From: Bacillota bacterium
GTDB taxonomy: Bacteria > Bacillota > Clostridia > Lachnospirales > Lachnospiraceae
Assembly (NCBI GenBank): GCA_023414985.1
Contig: JAEZLY010000141.1
Location: 1-48,849 of the forward strand
Length of the DNA: 48,849 bases
Direction of reading: 5' to 3'
Position 1 is the stretch's first letter; every line of letters starts with the position of its first letter. Under the pieces are notes generated by a model. The model saw nothing but the letters and a program-made list of their open reading frames with translations. It was not told where the DNA came from and did no database searches. Of this stretch, positions 28,735 through 38,904 are shown piece by piece. The position numbers and the translations under genes are program-made.

Positions 28735-30252
28735 TTATTCGGGAAGCTTCTTTCGGCTCTTCCGATGCTCAAGAAAAAGGAAATATGCTTTCGCTGCTCC
28801 TGTAATCAGCAGAACCATGCACAGGATAAAGACCGGCATGCCGGTATCAATCCCAACACTTAAGAAATATCGCCAGTTATTATCATAAATGATCGGTACT
28901 CCGATCAGAAACAGGAATGGCAGAAGTACATTTCCCAGCATCATTAATAAGATGGCTCTCTTTCTGCTTGCCGTTCTCAGTCCGTTGCGGAAGCGGAGGC
29001 AGGAATAGATGCTGAACAGGCCCAGAATAAGTGCCAGTCCCGGAAGTATGAGCTGCTTTGTATCATAGGTGCGTGGTACGGAAGACGGCTTCGTTTGATG
29101 AAGTAGAATATCCGTAATCCCATTTCCGATTACTTGGGCAGACAATTCGGGTTTTCTGAATATACCGCGCTGATTGATCAGAACAACAATGCCATAGCGA
29201 TGTGCTTGGGAGATTAACAGCGCAGAATTAAAATGTGGGGTCGCTCCGAGAAATCCGTAAAAGTAATTATAGTTGTCATAGGCAGGATCCGTGGTAATAT
29301 TCCAGTCAAGACCGTAATAGGGCTCATTATACTCAAACTCTTTTACGGGATCAGACGGTTGTTTCAACCGGTTATTCGGAAGAATGGATTTTCCGCCTGA
29401 ATAGCCGTTATTCAGGAAATAGACCAGGTATTTGGACATATCCGCTGCACTGGAAAGCTGATAACCTGCCGGCACCTGACCCATCGGATAATCAAAATCA
29501 ATCGGCACATTTAACCCATAGAACTCCCGGTACCCCTGTGCCAGTCCATCTCCTTCAGCCTTCTGCTTTGATGCAAAGCTGTCTGTAAGCTTCATCGGCT
29601 CAAAGATAAATTGTTTCACATAATCCTCGTAGCTTATTCCGGATACGTATTCAACAACCAATCCCAGTATGACATAGTTCAGATTTGAATATTCATAGCT
29701 CTCCCCCACAGGGCGGTTCAATCTCTCCCTGCGGTTGATCTCTCTGACCAGCTGATCCAAAGTATATTTTCCGTTACAGGTATATTCTTCATTCCCTTGT
29801 GCTGTGGATAATCCACTGGTATGCTCCAGAAGCTCCTCGATCGTAATCTCTCTACCGGAGGTATCCGCCAGCGTAAACCAGGGTATGTATTGCCGAACAT
29901 AGTCCGTGATCTTTAAGGACCCTTCTCCTGCGAGCTGGGCGATTGCCAGTGCTGTAAAGGTCTTGCCGACGGAACCGATATAAAAAGGAGTATCCGGGGT
30001 CACCGGCTCCCTCTTGCTGTTTGCCACTCCATAGCCCTTGGTATAGATAATCTGATCTCCGTGTACAATTCCGAGCGCAAGCCCGGGTATCTTACTGGCC
30101 TTCATTTCCTGCTGAATATATTCATCAATCATCTGAAGCTGATCCCTCGAAAGCTCCTGCCCTGCTTCCGCCAAAGCTTGAACGGAATTGCCAAATGTCA
30201 ATAACAGAAGCACTGCTGCCAAGACAGCCCCTTTTAGCTGTTTCCTAATCAT
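28735..30252 (-). CDS. Serine hydrolase, beta-lactamase class C/AmpC-like family, with signal peptide and C-terminal TM helices
   Basis: IPGLALGIV, SxxK (SVGK), LLEHTSG and YSN motifs. Confidence 0.88.
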   Translation of the reverse strand: MIRKQLKGAVLAAVLLLLTFGNSVQALAEAGQELSRDQLQMIDEYIQQEMKASKIPGLALGIVHGDQIIYTKGYGVANSKREPVTPDTPFYIGSVGKTFTALAIAQLAGEGSLKITDYVRQYIPWFTLADTSGREITIEELLEHTSGLSTAQGNEEYTCNGKYTLDQLVREINRRERLNRPVGESYEYSNLNYVILGLVVEYVSGISYEDYVKQFIFEPMKLTDSFASKQKAEGDGLAQGYREFYGLNVPIDFDYPMGQVPAGYQLSSAADMSKYLVYFLNNGYSGGKSILPNNRLKQPSDPVKEFEYNEPYYGLDWNITTDPAYDNYNYFYGFLGATPHFNSALLISQAHRYGIVVLINQRGIFRKPELSAQVIGNGITDILLHQTKPSSVPRTYDTKQLILPGLALILGLFSIYSCLRFRNGLRTASRKRAILLMMLGNVLLPFLFLIGVPIIYDNNWRYFLSVGIDTGMPVFILCMVLLITGAAKAYFLFLEHRKSRKKLPE

Positions 30253-30274
30253 TTATCCCCCACCATATTCTATG

Positions 30275-31075
30275 CTATTTGATTCCTAACAAATCTGCGC
30301 CATTACGCCAGAAGATGCATTCCAGCTCTTCTTTCGTAAGTTTCATTCCGGCCAGTAACTCCGTGCTCTCTTTCTGCCCTCCCCAGGGAGAATCTGTCCC
30401 GTAGAGAATGCGATCCGCACCGTGATCTCTGACGATGCGTTCGAATTGTTCCGGCTGAATCCGATGAAAAACATAAGCGGTATCAAACCATACATTCCTG
30501 CCAACCAGATATTCCTCAACTTCATCCCATTGATCGTAGCCACCCATATGTGCCAGAATGATTTTGGCATTCTTCTCCTCAATCCGGCTTAGCATCGCTG
30601 CGGTGCGCTTCGGAGGACAGTGGATCGGATTCGGAAGACCGATGTCAAGTCCGGCATGGATACTGACGATCAGATCAAGCTCAACTGCTTGCAGGATGAT
30701 CCGCACCATCTTCGGATCGTCAATAAAGGTCGCCTGATAATCCGGATGCAGCTTAATCCCCGGCAGTCCAAGCCGCTTAATCTCTTTCAGCTGTTCGAAA
30801 GAATTTTCTGTGTCCGGATGTATTCCTCCAAAAGAGAGTATCCCCTCTCTGCCGTTAACCTCTGCCGCAAACCTGTTTATGGTATCGAACTGGGCAGGCC
30901 TGGTTGCAACCGGAAGCAGGACGGACAGATCAATATTATTTTCTTTCATGGAGTTCTTAAGTTCTTTCAGTGTTCCCCCCGTGAAGGCACTGACTTGTGC
31001 TTCCTCTTCCATCTTCCTGACCGTCTTCTCTGCGATTGGGTCAGGAAATATATGCGTATGGAAATCAATGATCAT
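30275..31075 (-). CDS. Amidohydrolase family protein
   Basis: IDFHTH, GIKLHP, IHAG, LAHMGG and YGTDSPW motifs; start ATG 31075. Confidence 0.9.
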   Translation of the reverse strand: MIIDFHTHIFPDPIAEKTVRKMEEEAQVSAFTGGTLKELKNSMKENNIDLSVLLPVATRPAQFDTINRFAAEVNGREGILSFGGIHPDTENSFEQLKEIKRLGLPGIKLHPDYQATFIDDPKMVRIILQAVELDLIVSIHAGLDIGLPNPIHCPPKRTAAMLSRIEEKNAKIILAHMGGYDQWDEVEEYLVGRNVWFDTAYVFHRIQPEQFERIVRDHGADRILYGTDSPWGGQKESTELLAGMKLTKEELECIFWRNGADLLGIK

Positions 31076-31132
31076 GATGGTCCCTCCGGTTATCCACATA
31101 GCAGTCTTAAAATTACCGTTCTATCCACAAAA

Positions 31133-32311
31133 CTAATCCTCGGCGATAAAGCTATTCTCCATAGTGATAATGCACTGGTATCTTGCATCCTGCTGCCGGA
31201 TTGCTTCCACAATCCTGGTAAGCAGCTTCTGCTCCTCTTCTTTACCATAGGAATAAGGAATAACCAGATCAAAAATCAGGTTAATCTGATGTTCTCCATT
31301 CACAACGCGAAAATCGTGAACGGTTGCCTTAGGCTCCAAGCCCGTGATGATTCCCAATACAAGCTCTTTTTTCTCCAACACCTTTTCATCATTTACCTCA
31401 ATCGGATCCATATGAATGACCAAAAAGATATCCAGCTTCTCCAGTACATCCCGTTCAATCTGATCAATGGTCTCGTGAGCATGTTCAAATCCCAGGTTAT
31501 TCGGAACTTCGGCATGAATCGTTGCCATACGGTGCGTCGGCCCGTAATTGTGTATGATCAGGTCATGGGTACCATATATCCCATCATAACTCTGTACCAT
31601 ATCAGTAATCTTAAAATATACTTCCTTCTCAACAGCTTGCCCCAACAGCGGCTCAATGACATCCTTTGCGATCTTATAGCCGGAGAACATAACAAATAAG
31701 GATACCAGAAGACCCATATAACCATCGATATTCCAACCGGTCAGACCGGCCACCAGGGTGGAAATAATGGTCGCCGTAGTGACAAATACATCATTTCTTG
31801 AGTCAGCAGAGGTCGCCAGCATGACAGTTGAGTTAATTCTTCTTCCAAGCTTCCGGTTAAAAAAGGACATCCATACCTTCATAAATACGGACAGAACCAG
31901 GATACACACCAGAATCGGATTAAAGGAAAGCTCCTCCGGATGTAAAATTTTATTAAACGAGGTCTGCAGCAGGTTGAAGCCAACCACCAGAATTAGTACT
32001 GATACTGCCAGAGCTGACAGATACTCAAATCTCCCGTGCCCAAAGGGATGCTCTTTATCGGCAGGCCGTCCCGCAAGCTTTACACCAACGAGACTGATCA
32101 CGGAGGATGCTGCATCTGAAAGGTTGTTCACAGCATCCGCCATAACGGAAATACTGTTAATGATGATTCCAATCAGCAGTTTTGTGGCAAACAAAAGAAC
32201 ATTACATGCAATTCCGACAAGACTTGAAAGAATACCGTAAGAGGTCCTGACCTTAGCATTTTCAATATTTTTATTATCCTTTACAAATAGACGTACCAAT
32301 AATTCAGTCAA
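31133..32311 (-). CDS. Cation diffusion facilitator (CDF) transporter
   Basis: ADAVNNLSD, ADKEHPFGHGRFEY, DSRND and HDLIIHNYGP motifs. Confidence 0.93.
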   Translation of the reverse strand: MTELLVRLFVKDNKNIENAKVRTSYGILSSLVGIACNVLLFATKLLIGIIINSISVMADAVNNLSDAASSVISLVGVKLAGRPADKEHPFGHGRFEYLSALAVSVLILVVGFNLLQTSFNKILHPEELSFNPILVCILVLSVFMKVWMSFFNRKLGRRINSTVMLATSADSRNDVFVTTATIISTLVAGLTGWNIDGYMGLLVSLFVMFSGYKIAKDVIEPLLGQAVEKEVYFKITDMVQSYDGIYGTHDLIIHNYGPTHRMATIHAEVPNNLGFEHAHETIDQIERDVLEKLDIFLVIHMDPIEVNDEKVLEKKELVLGIITGLEPKATVHDFRVVNGEHQINLIFDLVIPYSYGKEEEQKLLTRIVEAIRQQDARYQCIITMENSFIAED

Positions 32312-32409
32312 CTTTCATAACCCCTTCCGATGATATTTATCACAATATAAAATAACCCCGCATCTTTTCCAGGTTCTGTTATTACCATGGAAAATGCAGG
32401 AATACGAAT

Positions 32410-32437
32410 ATTGTATCATATATGAAATAAATGTCAA
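32410..32437 (-). promoter_or_regulatory. sigmaA promoter of the CDF-amidohydrolase-hydrolase unit
   Basis: TTGACA-N16-TACAAT with TGn extension. Confidence 0.55.
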
Positions 32438-32567
32438 GTTTATCTTCTTTCAGCCTCTGAAAGCTTATAAGAATAGCACACTCCCCCTATCTTTCCCTTG
32501 TGCAACCGGTAATTATCATGCATAATATAATCATAGGATTATTATTACTTACGAAGGGGAGGGTTCA

Positions 32568-34409
32568 ATGAAATATGCCCGCAGGTATAAGAAAAACATT
32601 CGTTTTCATACCCGATCCTTGTTTCTGGTAAATACTCTGTACCTTTTTTTATTCGCCTCTCTGCTGTTTCCCTTTGCGGGACGTTCCCTTGAATTGATCA
32701 TGGACCTTTACGGTGTCAGCTACATCACCGAAGAAAATGTTCTCTCTTTGTTGACCAAACCTTACTCTCTGCCCGTGCTCTTGTTTCTGGGATTTCTCCT
32801 GCTACTATATGGGATGTCCAAGCTTTCTTCCTTGATTCGATATTGCAACACGGAGGGGATGCCGGTTCTTCCGGCCCTGCCGGATATCCTAAGCTTCGGC
32901 ATCAACCGTCCCTTTCAGGCTATCCAATCCAGGCAGATTGATTTGCTGCTTTTTACGATCCCTTACTATATCTTTTCTAATCTTTCCATATTAATCGGAA
33001 TTATACTATATTCTGATATTGAACTGTTCAAGGGACCTCAAGAGACCATGATCAAAGGCTTGCTGCTCCTTCTCCTGCTTATCATCAGTATCCTTTCCCT
33101 GCCAGGGATATTTGCCTTTCAGTATTGCATACAGGAGGACATTGATTTCAGAAAAGCAATGTCCTATGCCAAGGAGCTATTAAAGGGCAGAACAAGAAGA
33201 ACCTTACTGACCTATTTGTCCTACACGTTATTCTTTACCCTTGGCTTTGTTGTGTTTTATTATATCCTGTTATTGTTGACCTCCTTAGGCTGTTATCTGT
33301 TCGCTGAGAAAAGTCTTGCTGTTACCGTGTTTCTGTCGGTTTATCCCCGGATCAGAATGTATGCCACTATTTTCTATGGTATGACTGCCTTTGTTATTCA
33401 TATCAACCTGACCACCTCTCTGTTCCATACGTACCGGGGAGAAGCAGTTCACTTAAAGTTCCCTTCCTACCCTGGGTTTGATTATGGTTTTACATATAGA
33501 AACAGGCTGCATAAGTTCAGCATTAACGGAGTTCTGGTCTGCCTTGCAATTCTTGGAGTCCTTAATCTTTATCGGAGCCTATACAATGATTCCTCCTACT
33601 TTAAAGAAGCCTTTGCCGGAGTTTTAATTTCCTCCCACAGGGGCAATTCCCGCGTGGCACCCGAAAATACGATGCCCGCTCTGGAGAGCGCTATTGTCGC
33701 CAATTCCGATTATGCCGAGATTGATGTCCGCCAGACAAAAGACGGTACGCTGGTCCTGATGCATGACAGGAGCCTAAAGCGTACCGCCGGAATAAATGAT
33801 TTTATTTGGGATCTGACCGATGTGGAAATCAATGCCCTGGATGTAGGCTCCTGGTTCTCCCTGGATTATCAGGATACCAGAGTTCCAACACTCGAGGAGG
33901 TTCTGCTTTACTGTAAGGATCGAATTAAGCTGAATATCGAAGTCAAGACCAGCCCCACAGATATTGATATGGAAGCGAAATTAGTCGAGCTGATCAAACA
34001 GTATGAATATGAATATCAATGCGTCGTCTCCTCCGGTAATTACCTTACCTTAAAGAAAATTAAGCTGCTGGATCAGGACATTCGCACCGGTTACATACTT
34101 TCTGCCGTATATGGTAACTTTTATGACAAGGCCTATATTGATTTCTTCAGTATTCGCTCCAACTTCGTAAACCTAAAGGTCGTGAACAGTATCCATGAAG
34201 CCGGTAAAGAGGTCCACGTCTGGACGGTAAATACCACCCAGGAGATAGAGCGGATGAAATCCGTCGGTGTGGACTGCATCATTACTGATAATCCTTCCCT
34301 CGCAAGAGAGGTCCTGTATCGGGATGATACCAACGACAGCTTCATCCAGCTGATTTATCGGATGCTGGGTAACCGCTCCTTCTACCGTCTCACACAGCTG
34401 CTTGGCTAA
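32568..34409 (+). CDS. Glycerophosphodiester phosphodiesterase with N-terminal membrane domain
   Basis: SHRG, APENT, EIDV, LMHD, LNIEVK, WTVN and IITDNP motifs after several TM helices. Confidence 0.92.
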   Translation: MKYARRYKKNIRFHTRSLFLVNTLYLFLFASLLFPFAGRSLELIMDLYGVSYITEENVLSLLTKPYSLPVLLFLGFLLLLYGMSKLSSLIRYCNTEGMPVLPALPDILSFGINRPFQAIQSRQIDLLLFTIPYYIFSNLSILIGIILYSDIELFKGPQETMIKGLLLLLLLIISILSLPGIFAFQYCIQEDIDFRKAMSYAKELLKGRTRRTLLTYLSYTLFFTLGFVVFYYILLLLTSLGCYLFAEKSLAVTVFLSVYPRIRMYATIFYGMTAFVIHINLTTSLFHTYRGEAVHLKFPSYPGFDYGFTYRNRLHKFSINGVLVCLAILGVLNLYRSLYNDSSYFKEAFAGVLISSHRGNSRVAPENTMPALESAIVANSDYAEIDVRQTKDGTLVLMHDRSLKRTAGINDFIWDLTDVEINALDVGSWFSLDYQDTRVPTLEEVLLYCKDRIKLNIEVKTSPTDIDMEAKLVELIKQYEYEYQCVVSSGNYLTLKKIKLLDQDIRTGYILSAVYGNFYDKAYIDFFSIRSNFVNLKVVNSIHEAGKEVHVWTVNTTQEIERMKSVGVDCIITDNPSLAREVLYRDDTNDSFIQLIYRMLGNRSFYRLTQLLG

Positions 34410-34414
34410 GCAGA

Positions 34415-35584
34415 CTATAAAGCCAGGCGGTAGATCTTCTCGATGTCCTTGTTGTTCAGCTTGACAAAACCGCCGATGGTGCCGTTCTCACCCAAGCCCA
34501 GAGTCTTTACCATATACGGGATATCTTCTTCCTTGGCTCCAAGTTCCCTGAAACTAATCGGCATTCCGATGGAGTTCAAGAACTTCTTCAAGCGATCGAT
34601 TCCCTCCAGAGCAGTTACTTCCGGATTGGCAAAATTCATATTGCAGCCCCACAGCCTAACAGCAATCTGAGCAAAACGCATCACATCCTGCTTATATACA
34701 TAAGTCATCCAGGCAGGGAATACAACCGCAAGTCCTGCGCCATGGGCAACATCGTATAAGGCGGACAGTTCATGCTCAATCTGATGGCTAGCCCAATCCT
34801 GCTCCCGTCCTACTCCGACAAGATTATTATGTGCTACCATTCCGGCCCACATGATATTAGCTCTTGCATCATAATTATTCGGATCCGCAATCACTCTCGG
34901 CACCTCTTTCACCATCGTAAGCAACACAGCCTCACAAAGGCGGTCAGTAATTTCAACCTCCTTCGTGTTGGTGAAATACCGTTCAAATACATGCGCCATG
35001 ATATCCGTAGCACCTGCTGCCGTCTGATACGCCGGCAGGGTCTGTGTCAATTCCGGATTAAGGATGGAGAATACGGGTCTGAGATGCTCACTTCCGGCTC
35101 CTCTTTTCAGCATTCCCTCTTCCTTGGTAATGACACTGTCCCCTGAGCCCTCGCTGCCTGCCGCTGCGATTGTAAGCACCGTGGCTACCTTTAAGGCTGC
35201 CTCAATCGGTTTACCCTCATAGAAATCCCAGAAGTCGCCTTCATATACTGCTCCGGCTGCGATTGCCTTCGCAGAATCTATAGCACTTCCCCCTCCTACT
35301 GCGAGGATGAAGTCCACTCCTTCCTTACGGCACAGTTCAATTCCCTGATAAACAAGACCGCTGCGGGGATTGGGCTGTACTCCTCCTAATTCAACATATT
35401 TTATGTTTTCCTTGTCCAGGGAGTTCTTTACTCTGTTAAGAAGTCCGGAGCGAACTACAGAACCACCGCCATAGTGGATCAGAACCTTAGTTCCGCCAAA
35501 GCGTTTCACATAATGTCCAGCCTCCTTCTCGGTATCCTTACCGAATACAAAATAAGTGGGACTATAAAATGTAAAGTTATTCAT
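34415..35584 (-). CDS. Iron-containing alcohol dehydrogenase (BdhA/B butanol dehydrogenase-like)
   Basis: GGGSVVRSG, AVGGGSAID, DIMAHVFERYF, HQIEHELSA and HGAGLA motifs. Confidence 0.93.
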   Translation of the reverse strand: MNNFTFYSPTYFVFGKDTEKEAGHYVKRFGGTKVLIHYGGGSVVRSGLLNRVKNSLDKENIKYVELGGVQPNPRSGLVYQGIELCRKEGVDFILAVGGGSAIDSAKAIAAGAVYEGDFWDFYEGKPIEAALKVATVLTIAAAGSEGSGDSVITKEEGMLKRGAGSEHLRPVFSILNPELTQTLPAYQTAAGATDIMAHVFERYFTNTKEVEITDRLCEAVLLTMVKEVPRVIADPNNYDARANIMWAGMVAHNNLVGVGREQDWASHQIEHELSALYDVAHGAGLAVVFPAWMTYVYKQDVMRFAQIAVRLWGCNMNFANPEVTALEGIDRLKKFLNSIGMPISFRELGAKEEDIPYMVKTLGLGENGTIGGFVKLNNKDIEKIYRLAL

Positions 35585-35866
35585 ATGATTGCTCTCCTTT
35601 CAAAAGATGAATTGTCTCCATATTGCACTGCGCTTCCAAATTATACAAGCACCAGTCTAATATTACATTATAATAATTTCGTATTTTCGTAAAGCTTGCC
35701 GCTCAATTTTTAGTATGCATCCATGAAAATGTTCTATACGAAGACCATGAGATTAGAAGACAATTAAAACTGTATTATAGCCTTCCTGCATCCCTTGACA
35801 GTATTACCATTGAGAGCTTATAGTATGGTAGAGAATGTAAATAGCGTATTTTAGGAGGAGCAACGC

Positions 35867-36895
35867 ATGAAACAATTCATTAGGAAACGAGTTGTACCGG
35901 CCGCCCTGCTGCTAGCTGCCTGCAGCTTTTTGTACGGCTGTGGATTTTCCTATGTCATTAACTCTGCCCATCAGCTTGCACGGGCTGATGCCAAGGAGTT
36001 TACCGTAGAGAAAACAGAGGTTCCTGCAATCACAAAGATAGATATCCGTACACGGATTGCAGATGTGGAATTTATTCAGGCAGACAGCTTCGCAGTGGAA
36101 ATCAATTATCTCTACTGGGACAGGGAACCGGAATACGAGTTGAAGGATGGAATTCTTACTTTTGATGACAGTGATTCCTTCCCGGAATCCTACTCGATCA
36201 ATTTCAATCTTCATAACTTAATCAAGATCTATCTGCCAAAGGATAGTGCCATGGATTATGTATCCATAGAAGATTCTTCGGGGGATGTGGATATTACCGG
36301 CTTTACCGCAGAGGATCTGGATGTAACCGTCTCTTACGGAGACTTCACAATGGAAGAGGCCAGTGCTTCTACCGCAGATATCACCTTATCCTCCGGCATG
36401 AGCAGGATATCTGATTGTAATGTGGGAGAGCTTGATTTTACCAATTCCTACGGCAATGCGAAGTTCACGAATATTAATACTGAGAATTTCAGCCTCCCGG
36501 GAGGGGCTTCCAACGAAGAATGTAACATTAATATGTCAAGCGGCGGTGTGGATATCAATGGATTATATTTCTCATCCGTAGAAATCCGTAATTCCTATGG
36601 TGATGTAACCTGTGATAAAATCCAGGCTGATACTGCAAAATTCAATTTAAGCAGCGGTGATCTGACCGTGAAACAAGGAACCATACAACGGGCTGAAATT
36701 GAGGACAGCTACGGTGATGTAGCATTAAAACTTCCGGGGCCGGAAGCTGACTATGCTCTTGATCTGAATACCTCTTACGGGAAGTTGAAGGTAGGAGGAA
36801 CCAGTTATGAGGAACATGTAAAGTTAAACGAGAACGGTTCCAAAAGCATCGATGCCGATTTAAGCAGCGGTGATGTAACGTTAGATTTTGAATAA
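35867..36895 (+). CDS. DUF4097 beta-strand repeat lipoprotein
   Basis: Lipobox-like LYGC; repeated SSGDV/SYGD units. Confidence 0.8.
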   Translation: MKQFIRKRVVPAALLLAACSFLYGCGFSYVINSAHQLARADAKEFTVEKTEVPAITKIDIRTRIADVEFIQADSFAVEINYLYWDREPEYELKDGILTFDDSDSFPESYSINFNLHNLIKIYLPKDSAMDYVSIEDSSGDVDITGFTAEDLDVTVSYGDFTMEEASASTADITLSSGMSRISDCNVGELDFTNSYGNAKFTNINTENFSLPGGASNEECNINMSSGGVDINGLYFSSVEIRNSYGDVTCDKIQADTAKFNLSSGDLTVKQGTIQRAEIEDSYGDVALKLPGPEADYALDLNTSYGKLKVGGTSYEEHVKLNENGSKSIDADLSSGDVTLDFE

Positions 36896-36918
36896 TGAAA
36901 CAATAGGAGGAAAATGAT

Positions 36919-37239
36919 ATGATTATTACAACAACACCTTCCGTAGAGGGAAAACAGATTACAGATTATCTCGGCGTCGTATTCGGAGAAGTGATTTCCG
37001 GTGTTGATTTCGTAAAGGATTTTGCCGCCGGGCTTTCTAATTTCTTCGGCGGTCGCTCCGGAACCTATGAGGAGGAGCTGATCCGTGCCAGAGAACAGGC
37101 AATGCAGGAAATGTCACAGCGTGCTTATCAGATGGGCGCGGATGCCGTACTTGGCGTCGACGTGGATTATGAGGTACTTGGAGCCAACAACGGAATGCTT
37201 ATGGTGACCGCTTCCGGCACCGCTGTTAAGCTCAGGTAG
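36919..37239 (+). CDS. UPF0145/YbjQ family protein
   Basis: MIITTTP.VEG, FFGGRS..YE, GADAV.GVDVDY and VTASGTAV motifs. Confidence 0.92.
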   Translation: MIITTTPSVEGKQITDYLGVVFGEVISGVDFVKDFAAGLSNFFGGRSGTYEEELIRAREQAMQEMSQRAYQMGADAVLGVDVDYEVLGANNGMLMVTASGTAVKLR

Positions 37240-37284
37240 GGGTAGAAGCTAAAAACTACGTAATTCAAAGATTTAGGGAATGAA

Positions 37285-37565
37285 CGCAAAAACGGAGTGA
37301 ACCTTTAGGGGAGGATTATACTTCTCTCACACACTGGAGCCGGGACACAGCTTTAGTTTGTCTGTCACCATCGTACAGGTCTGTACGCTTGTGACCCACA
37401 AACCTACAGCTGCGTCCCGCCAACAGTGCATTTGCGCGAAAGCAAAGTGAGCATATACAAGCTTGCTTGTAAATATGCGAACGCGCACGCGAACCTGATA
37501 GCGAGGTACGAGCATATCAGGTTACGAGAAATACAATCCTCCCCTTGTTTCACTCTGTTTTTGCG
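37285..37565. other. Highly structured non-coding element (ncRNA or MITE/REPIN-like element)
   Basis: About 40-bp imperfect terminal inverted repeats enclosing four internal hairpins; no credible ORF. Confidence 0.7.
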
Positions 37566-37784
37566 GGATTTACCCATGTAATAATTCGTTGATGATTCTA
37601 TTGTCCTCTATTGTCTTATATTGTCTTCTGTTCTTTACTGATCTCTGCCGGTGCCGAAAGCTCTCCAGCGGTGATCCTACCATTTATTACTTTTCTACTT
37701 TATGCTTTATACTTAATAACTTTTCTTAGCATCTCGCTCTATATTTCTCAGCTTGCTTATAATGTTTATTAGGGCAATTAAAAA

Positions 37785-37820
37785 GGAGAGATGCTCTGTT
37801 AAGTATTACTGCATCTCTCC
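37785..37820 (-). terminator. Intrinsic terminator after the CPBP gene
   Basis: GGAGAGATGC..GCATCTCTCC stem, followed by TTTTT on the minus strand. Confidence 0.65.
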
Positions 37821-37852
37821 CTATATATCGATATTAATATTGCTTTCTTTTA

Positions 37853-38854
37853 TCAGCTGAGCGTTACTGCTACGATCATGACAAGACACATCAGCGTGTA
37901 CAGGATCGTTCCTGCGTTTAGGATATAGCCCGATTTCTTTTCCAACGGTATTCCGCGTACCAGGGTGATTTTTTTCCAATTCAAAAAGAATAATACAATA
38001 CCGACTGTGATTGCGGAAAATACCCACAGAGCGATGAGTGCGGTAACCATCAGGTTCTTGGTCGTCGCCAGCGGAGTCATCGCCGCTCCGATAAAATTAA
38101 TCATGCAATGCAGTAAAATGCTGTAGCGAACCGTATTGGTACGGATTGTAACATAGGCGAAGATAAAGCCCAGCGCAGCAGCATAGAAAAACTGCGAGAG
38201 GTTCATATGGAATAAGCCAAATGCAAGTCCTGTCATCAATATGGCAGGTACATCTCCGTATCTGCGGAGCTTATCCAGAAGCAGCTTTCTGAAAATCAAC
38301 TCTTCTGCAATTGGTGCCGCAATGGAAGCATAAATTAAGGTAAGTATAAAATTGCTGTCATTAAATACCTCTGCCAGAGGATTCATATCCATAAAATTCT
38401 CACCCTTGGCCAGTGAGATTAAAAAGGTGATAAAGATACTGAAATAATTGGTAATATACATTACAGCTGCACAGATGAAGAATATCATGAAAAAGGTAGA
38501 GGGTTTCAGCTTTACCACTTGGCCCTTCGGTGAATTCGGTATTCTTCTGGTCATAAAGAAAAACAAGGGCAATCCGACTCCGATGACCGTCAATGCAGTC
38601 AATGCCCAAATATACCAGTCCGTATCCAATATCGCCGGCTGAAATTCACTAAGCAATCCTTCTACTACTGCCTGTACGGCTACGATTGCTATTCCCATGA
38701 TGAACAGTGCGAAGGCACTCTGACTGATGATCTTCTTTGTCTGTACCGGCTGTGGCTGGTTCTCCCAACCCATATCCGGCTGATACCTTGGCATATCCTG
38801 CTGGTACATCATCTGCGGCTGATAGCCGTTCTGTCCGTTCTCTTGCTGTTCCAT
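37853..38854 (-). CDS. CPBP/Abi family intramembrane metalloprotease
   Basis: EELIFR, FGLFH and LLHCMIN motifs; multi-TM; Q-rich N-terminus. Confidence 0.92.
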   Translation of the reverse strand: MEQQENGQNGYQPQMMYQQDMPRYQPDMGWENQPQPVQTKKIISQSAFALFIMGIAIVAVQAVVEGLLSEFQPAILDTDWYIWALTALTVIGVGLPLFFFMTRRIPNSPKGQVVKLKPSTFFMIFFICAAVMYITNYFSIFITFLISLAKGENFMDMNPLAEVFNDSNFILTLIYASIAAPIAEELIFRKLLLDKLRRYGDVPAILMTGLAFGLFHMNLSQFFYAAALGFIFAYVTIRTNTVRYSILLHCMINFIGAAMTPLATTKNLMVTALIALWVFSAITVGIVLFFLNWKKITLVRGIPLEKKSGYILNAGTILYTLMCLVMIVAVTLS

Positions 38855-38904
38855 AGTTCCCCCTTATCCTGTCACCGATTTCTTGTGACTCCTATTCTGA
38901 CTCT

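Noticed and set aside
30620..31699. Long antisense ORFs (also 9168-9788, 40310-40966 and others)
   Set aside because: They lie opposite well-supported genes and have no motifs or RBS.
37327..37515. 62-aa minus-strand ORF inside the element
   Set aside because: No RBS or recognisable motif; the sequence is better explained by base pairing.
37285..37565. Structured element as 6S RNA, SRP RNA, RNase P RNA, tmRNA or raiA motif
   Set aside because: I could not find their hallmark sequences, and it is branched rather than a 6S-like rod; an Rfam scan is still needed.
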